Source: Octopus vulgaris (Eukaryota). From it: a stretch of 64,000 nucleotides of DNA. The stretch covers positions 36,642,001 to 36,706,000 of the forward strand of contig OX597823.1 in assembly GCA_951406725.2 (NCBI GenBank), given 5' to 3'. Within the stretch, counting starts at the first letter, position 1, and each line of letters starts with the position of its first letter. Shown here piece after piece: positions 12,389-25,859 of the stretch. Under the pieces are notes generated by a model that saw nothing but the letters and a program-made list of their open reading frames with translations, did no database searches and was not told where the DNA came from. The position numbers were made by a program, and so were the translations under genes.

Positions 12389-13114
12389 GGTATTTTAGGA
12401 TAGAAATTATTGGAAAGTGTTTGTGATGTGGACTTGGTTTAGTATAAATGAAGATGGTGGGGGTGTGAGAAACTCAGTTTCAGTATTTTTATATGATGTT
12501 TAGGTATGTGTGTCATGATTAGGAGATCAAATCCTATGAAGGTGAGGGCGAGAGAGGGGTGGTTGTTTGCTTTTCACAAAATGACCTTTCTTCTAGTGGA
12601 ACATGTTCAGTTCTTGTATTTTAATCTATGATCTGATAATTAATTAGCAGCATTGCTGATTTGATTTCTCTGTCTCCCTCTATTTACCACTCAGCTCCTG
12701 CTTTTCTGTAGTTGTGTGTCTGTTTCTCTCATTCATCAAAAGTCTCTTTGTATCTACCTCTCTCCAATTTCTCTCTCTCTCTCTCTTCTTTTACCTTATC
12801 TTTTTTTATTATTTCTTACCCACTCCCTACTTTCTCTCTGCCCTATATCACTTTCTCTTCTACCATTTTCTATAAAACACAGCAGACATCATTCAATGTT
12901 AGACCTGTTCACTTCACATAAGTAATGGTAAGGCAGAAGTGGTTGTGGCTAAAAATGATAAAATAATTTTCGGTAGAAATGATTTTTATTTTAGTATTTT
13001 CTACTTAATATCATTGTTGTCTTTCTAGTTCTCTGTCTTCACTTTCTTCTCTCCTATTGATGTGTGTACATGTGTGTATGTATGTATATGTAAGAGAGTG
13101 TGTGTGTGTGTGTG

Positions 13115-13147
<33 letters not shown>

Positions 13148-13308
13148 GTAGATAGATAGATACTATGCTCAAATAGCAATCAATCAATTCTCAACTTTTC
13201 TAGTGTTTCTTGATTCGTTAGCGTAACATAATCTAAATTATATATGTAATTCACCATACTTAAACTGGATGATAGCTGTTATGTTGTTGTTTTCCGGATC
13301 TGATGATG

Positions 13309-13343
<35 letters not shown>

Positions 13344-15504
13344 GTTGTTGTTGTTGTAGTATATGATTGCTAGCTAACTTTTGACATTGATTGGTTTGGA
13401 TTACTTTCCATAGAAATGATGAACATGTTTATAATTTTTTTTTTTCATAATTTTAAATTCTGTTCTATTTCATTTTCATATTACATTTTAACCTCTTCAC
13501 TTATATGAATCAACAAATTTTTTTCCTGTGGTTCTTAGGATTCTTACTGTATTTTGTGTATGTGTGTGTGATATGCTGTTAGATATATTATGCAGTAGCT
13601 GTACATAATATGGAGCAGCCAAGATGTAGAGAGCCAGTGCTTGTCTACAGTAGTTATACCTCTATAAATAAATGATTAACAGTGTATCTTGAGTACAACT
13701 TGAGAAATGAATGATTTCAGTAGTGCAGTATATAAGGAAAAGCTCTTTTCAGGAATACAAAACTTTATTTGTTAATCCTTGTTGATAAATAATTAGTAAA
13801 GAGAATTCTCTGTGAACCAAGTCACCACACTGTGTGCCAAGTCTTAGCTGGTGCTGTGTCTGGTTATACAAAATATACACTACCATCTTTATCTCAGTTA
13901 TAGCTGATAACAAACTAGTTCAGTTATCAGCTAAAACTGAAACTGTTAAATGAAATGTAATGTACCATTTTCTTTTTAAACTGGTGTTTTTTAGAGATTT
14001 TTTTCTTTCCTCTTTCTCTGAAGAATGATATCTATTTCACCAATTATCATCAAACTGATATATATTTCTTTCTTAACAAAGGTACCCATCCCACTACCAT
14101 TTTTCATTTCTGGAGTCTTAGTCATTCATTTTTAGGACATTAAGCCAATGGGAATTGTACCTAAACCCATATCGGAAACTTGTTCATTGGAAATAGTTGT
14201 ATATTCATGAACCACTGCAATATCAGTAACCTGTCAACAACAACATATTCTAGTTCACCCACCTGTTAGCTAATTTCTTTGTTACCTTGAAATAAAAGAC
14301 CATGTTGACTTATATATGCAATACAACAAGCCTCACTACCTTAAACTTGTTATTGAAGAAACTCAGATTTTCCTGCTCTACAAATCCCAACTGATATCAA
14401 TTACCATCATGTACTTTCGACACTTTTGTATTTTGCTTCCCTGTCACAGTTGGCATCATAAACTAATGAACTATTTGTTAGTTTCTAATTAGAATCTTCA
14501 GCACTTTGACCAAAGTAAAGTCTGGTGCTGGTTACATGATATGAATTTGTGAAACTTGAACAAATTTCATATTCTGAGAAGTAACTGTTGACATTTTGTA
14601 CACTGGACTCTTGTTTTCTTTTTTCTCTTTTCCTTTTACATTCTATAGATTTAAAAAACTTCATATGATGGACTGAAATCTTTTTTACCCACACGTTTTC
14701 ATTTTTATCTGGTCAGAAAATAGTGATTACTATATTTATACAACACAACAGCAAAAGCTGCATCTATTGTGCATTTATTGTAATCTTAGTTTGATAAACA
14801 TGATGCACTCGTTAAAAATACATCACATGGATGAGGGATGTCATTTCTTGCTCAACTGTATTTTTATATTTAAAAAATTCTTTTCTTTTAAAGCTCCATT
14901 TCATTTGAAAGTTGATTTTGCCATTCATCTGTTCACTGACAATAAAATATCTCTGATATCAATGAATATTTTCTAATGGCTTTATTTAGAAATAAAGTTT
15001 TCAGTTTCATTGTAAAATTACAGAAAAATATGGGAGGTAATAAATTTTACGGTTTAAACATTTATTTTGTTATCATCATATAAAGGAAAAACTGTCAAAT
15101 AAAAATGGGTAGTTAAAAGTGAGGAAGCAAAGTGATTGATATATTTAATTTGATTTAAAAAAAATAGAGTTTGTTATACATAGAAAACAACGTAATGTTA
15201 TGTAGTTTGTGTAACATAAGTTTAATGTTGAAATATTTGGGGGAGAAACACAAGAGAAAGTAGGTAATAGTGTTAATTGATTGTGAAAAATGCAGCTCTG
15301 TGCTAATAAAAAAGTATATCACGGACAGATTTGTGTTGAAAGTTCGGAGAACTTTAGGATTGTTGGAACAGTTTATGATGGGGGAGCAGTGATTGCTAAA
15401 GAAAAAAGAATCCATCTCCTTCCTTTTACATAATCTTCTAGAATGGTCTGTCTATGTGCCAGAAGTGGAAACTAAGAAAGAGTCTCTTTGTGACTGGAAA
15501 GAAA

Positions 15505-16025
15505 CTGACGCTATACCTGAGGCAAATTTTTTCAATTTTGAAAACTCATCAGCAGGCAAGCAGCAATTAAATTCAATGAGTTTTCCTTCTCTGTGCTCCT
15601 CATTCAACAAGGTTTTAGCTTGCAAGTCAATAAGCTCCAGTTGTAGTTCAGTTGGCATGTTACCAAGATTACTGCCAAAGGGATTCTCAAACAAAAGAAT
15701 TTCATTCTGTCATGATCTGAAAATCTTTGAGAAAAATGCTTATTTAAGTCCCAAATAATTTTTTTCTGAAACTCGAGGTTAACATGTTCCATGTTTTCTG
15801 TGCAAAACTCTTGAAAACACTGAAAATGAGAGAAGTTTCCTCCTTCAAGTTGTGCTTCAAACAATGATAGCTTTCTCTGAAATGCTGTAATAATTCTGTA
15901 GAGATCACAGACAAAGTTATTCTTTCCTTGCAGTTTTAAATTCAATTCATTCATATGAGAAGTGACATCAACTAAAAATGACAATTTTGATAATCATGAA
16001 GGATCTAACAGCTGTGGATCACCTC

Positions 16026-16088
<63 letters not shown>

Positions 16089-17434
16089 CCATCTCACTTC
16101 TGTGTAGTAAGAAGTGTGTTTGAGAGCAAACCTAAAACACTTTAATACCTGTGTAGTAATTAGAATCCATTTCTTCAAGGAAAGCCTGGAACTGTCGGTG
16201 ATTAAGCCCATTATTCCGAATAAAGTTCACCACAGTTGTAATCGGTTTTAGTATGCAAGAAACATCTGTTTTCTACAGAGTGTTTGCTGATGTATAATGC
16301 AGTATATAAACAGAGCCTTCGGAAGCTGAAACTCCTCCAACCTGGTCTGGATTCACCCTACCAAACCCTTCCTCACTCCTGCCATGTTTTTTTGTTCCGT
16401 TGACTTTAACTCACCAAAGCCGATTCCACTGAAGGTTATAGTTTTGCAAAGTTTTCTGCACCTTTATGAAAATAACTTCTCTAGTTGTTGTTCCATGTAT
16501 ACTGCAAACGGATGCCATTTCTTCTATAATCTCAAAAGTTGCAATTGACACCACGAATGAACACAAGAAGCTGTGACATACTAGAGAGATGAGTGGACTC
16601 ATCCATCGCAAGAGAATACCACAAAAATTTCTTAGCTTTCTCATGTATCTGTAACTGTATATTCTCTCCAAGTTCTTCTATTCTCCGCACAACTCAACTT
16701 GCTGAAAGGATGATACAGTCAAACATGTTAGCTTTTTCAGGACACAAGTCATTTGCTGCTTCCATCATGCACTCTTTTAGAAAGTTTCCGTCAGTAAATG
16801 GTTTTCCTCGCTCTGTCAACTTATTCACTATTTTGTAACTTACACGAGTGATAGATTCATTTTCAACAAACTATTTTGTAAAGAAATTCCTTTGAAATTC
16901 CAAACTACATTTCATAGATTCAAATTTCTCGGACTGCAACTTTCCAGAATATTTAGAATGTGTTGAGAGATGTTTTGCTTCGTAGTGATGACGAATAATG
17001 TACTCTTTCATAACAGCAACACTTTCGTTGCATATCAGGCAACTAGCCTTCTGGTCATTTGTTTCCTCAAAGAAGTACTTTTCTCCCCATTCTTTATTGA
17101 AAATGTGACATTCATCATCAATCTTTCTCTTCTTAGTAGCCATAATGATGGGTGAAGAAAAAAACAAAAGCAGTCTTAGGCCTCAGCATCAGATATTCTG
17201 GTTTTAATAGTAATCACTAATGCCTAGCCTGAGGCACACGTGATATACTGTAGTAATTATTATGGCACGGGAAATATGTAGCACGTGACGTGACTGACTC
17301 AGTATACATACGACATGCATAAGCTAAGAAGCAGTATAAAAGCATGTTTATTTTTTTCAGCATACGACAGCAGGCCCGACAAATTGACGTTGCGGGTTGG
17401 ATCCGGCCTGCGGGCCATAGTTTGGTGACCCATG
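15505..17434 (-). mobile_element. hAT (Charlie/SPIN-like, GTF2IRD2-type transposase) DNA transposon, decayed and 3'-truncated
   Basis: 5' TIR on the minus strand catgggtcaccaaactatggcccgcaggccggatcc (ends 17434), flanked by gtttagaa (Charlie-type nTCTAGAn target). Transposase fragments MATKKRKIDDECHIFNKEW..CLICNESVAVMKEYIIRHHYEAKH (BED finger), YYTEVRWL, FLVDVTSHMNELNLKLQG, ELQLELIDLQ. Many frameshifts. Confidence 0.92.
16029..16085. repeat. (TC)n microsatellite inside hAT transposase
   Basis: Direct reading; sits right after the RWL motif codons on the minus strand. Confidence 0.95.
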
Positions 17435-17886
17435 GTTTAGAACTGAAGGTAGATAAATAAAAGCTTTCTGGTTCAATGTTGTCTACAGTATATCAAGTTG
17501 TACTTGGACATATGTCCCCCCCACATACACACACACATCTATGGTATATATAAGAGTGTATCAATAGCTTAAAGCTAGAAATAAATATTACTACTGTTGT
17601 TGGTTTTTCAAGTGAATAAAACCATCAGACAGGTCAGTTTCATACCAGATCTGCTGCTTACATTGAAGTCTTTTATTTAGTTTTGTGTAAACATTTTAGT
17701 TGTATACTCAGAAGTTTTCAACTTGCTGTGCATGGTGACTATTTCCGATCTATTGAGCAATAACTATTTGCCTGTAGATTTTAACTGCATGTTCTGTAAA
17801 GGTATTAAAGTGGTTTAGGTTTACTCTCAAACATACTTCTTACTCTTTTTTCCAAAATCTATACTACTATTACAAAACACTGAGAA

Positions 17887-18110
17887 ATGGTAATTGGTGC
17901 ACTTGGCACAAAACCTAAACTGTTACCTAAAAGACTGAAGGATATTAGAATTGAGACTTGCATTGTCACTCTGCAGCAAAGTGCAATCCTGTATTCAGCA
18001 AGAAATCTAAGAAAGATTCTTAAGATTTGAGGAAACTTGTTACCAAACCTCAAAGCAAAATCCTTGCTAACTAATATAGAATGTAATAGTTATAATAATA
18101 TAAATAAAAA
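17887..18110 (+). mobile_element. R4/Dong-clade LINE 3' end
   Basis: VIGALGTKPKLLPKRLKDIRIETCIVTLQQSAILYSARNLRKILKI* (17890-18030) followed by a short 3' UTR and (TAA)-rich tail. Confidence 0.8.
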
Positions 18111-18589
18111 GTTGCTACCATTATAAATAAAACAAAAAGGAAATCTTGTTAAGCTCATGTTATCCCTTCCCTAATTTATGTTTTGTTGGCATATTTATTG
18201 GACACAAACTTATTATAGTTGTCTTCTACCTCCTAAATTTCACAGTTAGTGATGATGGTTCCCAGACTCACCCAAAAATATTTCTGATTGCATAGTTTCC
18301 TTACACCACTTCTAGCTGTAGTGCCATCTTGGTGTTTAATATCTCAATCATTCTGTGGCTATTTCTAACCAGTTTAGCACTCTTTGTTTTTCTGGCTTCA
18401 AAGTTAAGTTTGTGTCTAATGACATGGAGTATGGTTATTAATTTATGGCAACATAATGTGTAGTCATTAGTGTCAAAAGTGTTTTGGGGACTGTTCTATA
18501 TTGACTGAATTTGATGAAGATATTGAATTAATACATCCAAGATAAAAAGCTTGAATGAGAAAACTGAAAATCAAAATTGAATGTAGTTA

Positions 18590-20410
18590 CAATTTCTCCT
18601 TTTTCCCAGTATTGCTTGCCATTTTTGTACATTCTTACCGATTCTAAAGAATTTTGGCATGTCTTTACTAGCATGTATTTTTTTCTTCACTGGTAACAGT
18701 TTATCGAATATTGACTTCACCTTTCTGGCAAACATTAATTCCGCTGGTGAACTTCCTTATGGCATATTTAGGTTTGGTGTTACCCTATATACCATTAAGA
18801 ATTGTTGGATTGTGACATCATCCGTTACTTCCTTATTAGCGTTCTTTAAAGCTCTCTTAAAAGTTTCCACAAACCATTCACCCTTCTACTTGATCTAGGG
18901 TGATACAGTGCCATAGTTTTATGTTCTAACATGAACCTCTCGCAGCATCTTTTATACTCACAGGATACAAACTGTTCCATTATCAGAGACAATTATATCT
19001 GGTACACCAAATCTTGCGAACAGCTCATGTAAGAAGTTTATTATCGTATATGAGGTTGGTTGTTTACACCTTGCAATCTCAGGCCATTTTGTGTAGCTGT
19101 CACTACTATTAAGTAATAATATCCATTTACTGGACCTGCAAAATCGATATGCAATTGGGACCTTGGCATTTTCACTTCCAGTCAAGATTCACATTTTGTA
19201 GTAGGTAGTTTCGCTGCCAGCGCATATCCTCTGCAGCCTTTTACCAGGTTTTCAACTCTGTTGCCCATGCTTAGCCTGTATACAAAACTTCACATCAGCT
19301 CTTACATTCTAGAGATACCTGGGTGTCCCACATGGAGCTCTTTTAGCATTCTCTTCTGTAATGTCTGTGGTATGACCACCCTTGGAGTGTACATTAGTAC
19401 ACCATCACACATAGAGTACACACTCACATCTTGGTGGTTCTTTGCATCAGACCTTTATTTTCTCTTGTCGACCACAGTTTTCTTTTGTTTCATTAATAAA
19501 GTTGTCATTTTTCGCATTTATTTTTATTTTTTCCCAAAGTTACTGGCAGTTCACATATGATGTTCCACATTACTTTTTTTTGTTTCTGCTTCTGCTCTTA
19601 GTGCTGCGGTTATGGTGTCCTCCAGTGGTTCATTATTTCTCGGAATTAACCTAGAGAGACTATTGGAATGCCCCAACTTTTTTGAAGGCAGATATTACAT
19701 TCTATAATCATAGGTCAATAGAATGGTACACCACCACTGCAATCTGTTTGCCATGTGTGTTGGAATTCCTTTCTTGGATCTGTATATCATTATTAGAGGT
19801 CTATGGTCTGTTTGGAACCAAAAACGTCTGCTGTGAATGAACGTGTGGAACTTTTTTGCATCAAATATGATAGTCAACTCCTCTTTTTCAATCTGGCTAT
19901 AGCTCTTTTCTGCCAGCCATAATATCCTTGATATGTGTGCTATAGCTTTTCTCCTGCCATCATCTCCTGCCATGTGTAGCACGGCTCCTGTCCCATACTT
20001 GCTAGTATCTGTAACTAGTATTATCTCTGACTTAGGGTCGAAATGCGAAAGATACAAGTCTGAAGTTAACACGTCTTTTAACTTGTTAAATGCTTTCTGG
20101 CATTTTTCTGTCCAAACCCATTTGGCATTTGTTTTTAATAATTCATTAAGTGATGCCTTTATCTTATGCATATTTGGGAATGCTTTAGCATTGTCTTGTT
20201 CGTTGAGGTTGGCATATTTCATATTGCCATTGCCCTTGATGTGTCTGGTCTGCATCCAGTTTCATTGATTATTTGGCCTAGTTATTTTATGTTTACCATA
20301 AAAAATTTGCATTTTTCTTCTGTCAGTTTTAGCCTGTAATCACTTATTCTCTCGAATACTTTCTTTGTGTTCAATATGTTGCTCCCGATGCGATGGCAAA
20401 GTTGCAATCA
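18590..20410 (-). mobile_element. Ty3/Gypsy LTR retrotransposon pol remnant (RT end, RNase H, integrase), no LTRs seen
   Basis: ORF 19695..20255: WVWTEKCQKAFNKLKDVL, TDTSKYGTGAVL, YSQIEKE, FQTDHRPL. ORF 18958..19185: DSYTKWPE..LFARFGVPDIIVSDNG. RT-RH-INT order. Frameshifts and stops. Confidence 0.92.
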
Positions 20411-21511
20411 CTTACATTACATCCATTATTTGTTGGAATATGGTGGGTGCCACTTCAGTATTGGTGGTTCACAGTGACACAGCTTTGTTTTCTCACATAT
20501 ATGCATTTATTCAGACAGCCAAAAAAAAAAAAAAAAAAAGAATGTGTATATATGTGTGTACATGTAGGTGTGTATATATGTATATGTAAACATAGTCCTA
20601 TATACCTGTGAACACTCCTGTAAAATGCATGCATATGCAAGGGTTTATATATATTTTGATGGCTCCTAAAAATATTTTCTCAATAATCTAATCTAAATGC
20701 TGTGTTGTTCTGGGTGAGAGCCAAACAATGCTGCTATATTCCACCATCATCTTAATTACTTTCTCTCAACAATACATTATTTCTTACATTCTTAGATCCT
20801 CTTTTGTTATTAACCATTCTTGCCACTGTTATTATCATCATCATCATTATAATCATTATCATCATCAGTGATGTTGATTCTGTTATTCTTATAAGAATGT
20901 ACATTTTATAGTATTATTTCTTTACAGTATCGGATTTGTCTTAAATGAGATCAGTGTGTGTGTGTTGTATGCATGTGTTGTTCACATATGCAAATGCACA
21001 TAAGCAGTGTATCGGCAGCATGCTCACATTTTTGTGTGTGTGTGCATGCACACACACACACACACACACATACACACACATGCCCTCCCTTTTCACAAAT
21101 TATGTAGAGATAATTTTGTTGTAAGTATTCTATTTGTCTTCTGTTGACAACATCACATTCAGCTTTATCAGAGGATGGATTAGATCTAGATATATGTGTT
21201 GTGATTAAATCTAGATGTATAAATTTTAAGTTGTTACTCTGTGTGTGTGTATACATGTAGGTATGTATATATGCACATGCAAACATAGTCCTCTGTGTGT
21301 GTGTGTATCTAAATATATAAAGTTCTTACTTGCTGATAACTTGAAATATTACTACTCTTGCATAACATGTTGAAAGCAAGATTTTTGTGATTTGACAAAA
21401 TTAAATATACCCCATAAAATTACTGCCGACAAGTTGATCGTCATTAAAAGATTACATCAATGTAATATGGAATGTCAAAACATTTTGATCACTAATATTA
21501 TCAAATGATTT

Positions 21512-21706
21512 AAGGCTAGCAGAATCATTAGCACAGCAGGCAAAATGCTTAACAGTATTTTTACATTCTGAGTTCAGATTCCGCCAAGGTCAGTTTTGCC
21601 TCCCATCCTTTTGGGGTCAATAAAATAAGTACCAGTTGAATACTGGAGTTGAGGTATTTGACTTAACCCCACCACCAAAATTGCTGGCCTTGTATCAAAA
21701 TTTGTA
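21512..21706 (+). mobile_element. SINE family B with target-site duplication
   Basis: Flanked by direct repeat actaatattatcaaatgattt at 21491-21511 and 21707-21727. Confidence 0.9.
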
Positions 21707-21949
21707 ACTAATATTATCAAATGATTTGAAAACAATGAAAGTTAGAAACATTTATGAAAATCAGGGTAGTTAAAACTAGGGTAATTAAAGGTGCATCTGC
21801 TACCCACCCTACCATACCCTTTGCCCCCAGTGCCCATATTAAATTTTCCAGTGTCCTTTAGGTGGTACTACTCACTTTGAGAAGCACTGTTTTAGTAAGA
21901 TATATATTTAATTTCTGTTCAAACCTTGCATTTTATAGCTTCTTTCATT

Positions 21950-21998
<49 letters not shown>

Positions 21999-22299
21999 AG
22001 TATGTGTTGTTAAGATATTGACAGGAAGTGTATGTGTGCATAGTCCTTGAAAAGAACTGTCACTAAGAGACAAAATAATTGAGACTGAGAGTAGAGAGAC
22101 GCTTATAGCTGGACATCTAGATTGGTTATTAACAACCAAGATTAGGGGATAGTTGAATGGGAATGGGTGTAATGAATTGTGTTCTTGCTGATTCATTTAT
22201 TGCTGAGGTTGTTGCACTTATAGAAATGTTGTAATCATTCATTGCACCAAATTAGAAACTGGTGTAATAAATTAATCTATTCATTTGTGACAAATTACA

Positions 22300-22630
22300 G
22301 TGATCTTCCTTGACAATTCAAGTTATTTCATTGTATTTGAAGGAATTGAAACGTAGAAGTAGATTTGTTAAATCTTGTAGATCATGCCTAGTTATCTTTA
22401 GACAAGTATGTAACATCAGGTTAGGAATAAGAGAATTTGGTAGAATGTTGAGTACAGTTGCTAAAGTGAGGGTTATTGTTTCTTTTAATTTGTGGGCAGT
22501 TTGAGGGATAGACAAGTGTTTCTCAGACTGAAGAATCTTGAATGTGGTCATATACAAAGATTTGAAATGATGAAGCTAGTCTGTTGACAAGTGATCCAAC
22601 ACTTGATAGAGACTGTTGGAAGAGGCATCT
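22300..22630 (-). mobile_element. Possible Penelope-like element RT remnant
   Basis: Minus-strand LSSVGSLVNRLA...HIQDS and LLRFNSFKYNE resemble PLE RT motifs (RPIVS..GS...LA, HIKDS, NYFxFN); very degraded. Confidence 0.35.
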
Positions 22631-23047
22631 GTTGCCTAGGAGACTAAAAACTGATTGACTGATTGAATTAGTTTATATGAGGAATGTGACATGATTAATC
22701 AAAGTCTGTTATTGAGAATTGTTCACTCAGATGGATTATAAATACTCTTATGACTGTGCACTCCAGTTTCCATTGGAATATTTATAGATTTTCAATGTGT
22801 AAAGCAGTATCAGAGAGAGATGGGGAGTGAGTGTGTGTGTGTGTGTGTATATATATCTCTCTCTCTTTTCCCGTCTGTCTTGATAGACAATGGGTCGTGC
22901 CAAGGGTGGGGCCTACTTTGATGATGAGCAGCGTCTGCTGTGACTGAACAGTCCAATTCTAGAGTGGCAGTCCCTGGTACAGTTGCTGCACACGAACATC
23001 GATGGGTACGTGTGGGGTGTTGCTGCAGTTGTCCTCCATATATATCT

Positions 23048-23096
<49 letters not shown>

Positions 23097-23383
23097 CATC
23101 AGTGTGCACATGCATGTGTGTGTGTGTATATAGTTGAAACGATTATGAGGAAATCTTCCAGACTGATGTTGTGTGTTTGTTGACAAAGAAACTGATCATA
23201 CTGACATTACTACACTTGTTTTTGTCCAAAGTATTTATTACTCATAAACCATTGCAAAATATTGATTTAGATAATAGATTATAGAATTTATTGTCCACAG
23301 TTACATATATCATCAAAGTTTTGTTTTAAAACTACCAAAATGCAATGGGAAAATTACTTGGCTGAAATTTTGATCTCATTTTT

Positions 23384-24278
23384 GTTACTGCAGTCCCACA
23401 CTGCCTATAAGAGAGGAAATAATAGCAATAAAGATAATAATAATAATGATGATTTCAAATTTTTGCCACAAGGGCAGCTAGGGGGAGGTGGGGATGAGTC
23501 AGTTACGTCAAACCCCAGTGTTCAACTGGTATTTATCTTATCAACCCCGAATGAATGAAAGGCAAAGTCAATCTTGGTGAAATTTGAAGTCAGAACACAA
23601 TGATGGGCAAAATACCACTAAGCATTTTATCCTGCGTGCTAATGATTCTGCCAGCTAACCACCTTTGTAGTAATAATAATGATAATCCTTTTTACTATTG
23701 ACACAAGGCCAGCAAGTTCGGGGGGAGAGATTAAGTCAATTACATTGACTGCAGTCTATAAGTAGTATTTATTTCATTGAACCCGAAATGATGAAAGGCA
23801 ATGTCCATCTTGACAGAATTTGAATGCCACAGTTACTGCAGTCCCACACTGCCTATAAGAGAGGAAATAATAGCAATAAAGATAATAATAATAATGATGA
23901 TTTCAAATTTTTGCCACAAGGGCAGCTAGGGGGAGGTGGGAATGAGTCAGTTACGTCAAACCCCAGTGTTCAACTGGTATTTATTTTATCAACCCTGAAT
24001 GAATGAAAGGCAAAGTCAATCTTGGTGAAATTTGAAGTCAGAACACAATGATGGGCAAAATACCACTAAGCATTTTATCCTGCGTGCTAATGATTCTGCC
24101 AGCTAACCACCTTTGTAGTAATAATAATGATAATCCTTTTTACTATTGACACAAGGCCAGCAAGTTCGGGGGAGAGATTAAGTCAATTACATTGACTGCA
24201 GTCTATAAGTAGTATTTATTTCATTGAACCCGAAATGATGAAAGGCAATGTCCATCTTGACAGAATTTGAATGCCACA
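23384..24278. repeat. Near-perfect tandem duplication, period 448 bp
   Basis: Copy 1 is 23384-23831 and copy 2 is 23832-24278. I count three substitutions and one G indel. Each copy holds one full and one partial reverse SINE B. Confidence 0.97.
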
Positions 24279-24494
24279 CTTAATAATAATATAATAGTGA
24301 ATTTATAACAATCTTTAATGATGGAAATCTTGGCCCAAAGAGTGAAATGTTTTTGTTGGCTGGAATGTGCAGGGCCTTCTGCTCTGAATAATCATGCTGC
24401 CATCTACCATACTGCATAAAAAAAAAAACAACCACTCCCAATTTGCTATTGTATTGACTCCAAATCTCTACACTCCAAACATTATCATCATCAT

Positions 24495-24601
24495 CTGGAG
24501 CCTGGTGCAGCCTTCTGGCTTCCCAGATCCCCGGTCGAACCGTCCAACCCATGCTAGCATGGAGAACGGACGTTAAACGATGATGATGATGATGATGATG
24601 A

Positions 24602-24603
<2 letters not shown>
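24495..24603 (+). mobile_element. RTE-clade LINE 3' end (short, 5'-truncated) with (GAT)n tail
   Basis: ctggagcctggtgcagcc...aaccgtccaacccatgctagcatggagaacggacgttaaac(gat)n; same family as 43168-44182. Confidence 0.85.
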
Positions 24604-24654
<51 letters not shown>

Positions 24655-24659
24655 GCTGC

Positions 24660-24875
24660 TGCAGTGAACTGGCAGAATTGGTTTTAGCACACCAGATGAA
24701 ATGCTTAGTGGTATTTCACCTGTCACTACATTCTGAGTTCTAATTCCGCCGAGGTTGACTTTATCTTTCATCCTTTCAGGGTCAATAAAATAAGTACCAG
24801 TTGAATACTGGGGTCGATATAATTGATTCATCCCCTCCCCCAAAATTGCTGCCCTTGTGGCAAAATTTGAAATTG
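24660..24875 (+). mobile_element. SINE family B
   Basis: gaactggcagaa...gagttctaattccgccgaggttgac...gtggcaaaatttgaaa. Confidence 0.88.
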
Positions 24876-25639
24876 TTATTATTATCATCATCATTATTGG
24901 AGTGGCTGAGTTAAGGGAAGTCTTTGGGGAGGCATCCAGTGTCTCAAATAAGTTGACCTATATATGTTGCGTTTAGATGACCTGCTTGAGTATGGCCATA
25001 CTTTGGTATCCATAGCAGTAGCTTACTTGCCAGTTACACTTGATTTAATCAACTAGCCCCTTTCCCTCAAATTTCAAGCCTTGTACCTGTATTAAAGTTG
25101 TCTTTTTTTTTTTCAAACTGTTCTCAAACATAAATTTCAACTTTCTTTACCAAGTTCTGTATTTATGTATATGTATATTTGTATTGTTGTGTACATGCAT
25201 GCATACACACAATGACACACATACACATATGCACACTGTATTGTGCGTATATTATGTTGTTTGCATATTTGTGGTTCTGTTTTGTGTATTGTGTTGTTAT
25301 GTGTATATTTATTTGAAAGCTGTTATTGCATAGGAATGAAATTTACTTTTAACACTAGATACATACATTAAGACATTATCCATTTCTTTGCTCAATGGAT
25401 TCAGATTAACTGTTCACTGTAGTTACTTAAACAGAAAATGTTTCTCTAAATATTTTGAACTTCCTCTGTAGCTTCATATAAATATTTTTCAAATTTGCAT
25501 TTTCCCTTTTTTTTCTCCTGCTTGCTTCCCATCAAGCAGAAATTATTTTCCTTTTTCCTCTATTTTATAAATTTCTTCAACCTTCTGAATAATTTGTTTT
25601 ATTCCCCTCCCCCACCCTTCCATTCCAATTTTATTTTAA

Positions 25640-25859
25640 CCCTTTTCATATCAACTGACCTAAAAATGTTTCTGGAGCTATGACACAAAATTACTGTTTT
25701 AAAGTGATCTAAATTATAATCTGTCATCAGAATTGTATGTTAATTTTTTCCAGATACCAGCTTCATAATGAGAAAGTTATTTTACTAAATTCTTCATTAT
25801 TTAAAAAATTATTTGAAGCAAAAGCATTATATGTTGTCAGAAATATGGTAACAAAAGGG
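25640..25859. mobile_element. TTAA-flanked MITE (piggyBac-type termini), copy 1
   Basis: ttaa|cccttt...aaaggg|ttga; internal sequence shared with 29507-29721 (gtgatctaaa, ttcattatt, tatggtaa). Confidence 0.65.

Noticed and set aside
15452-17167. GTF2IRD2/EPM2AIP1-like host gene
   Set aside because: Many stops and frameshifts plus a hAT TIR show it is a dead transposon.
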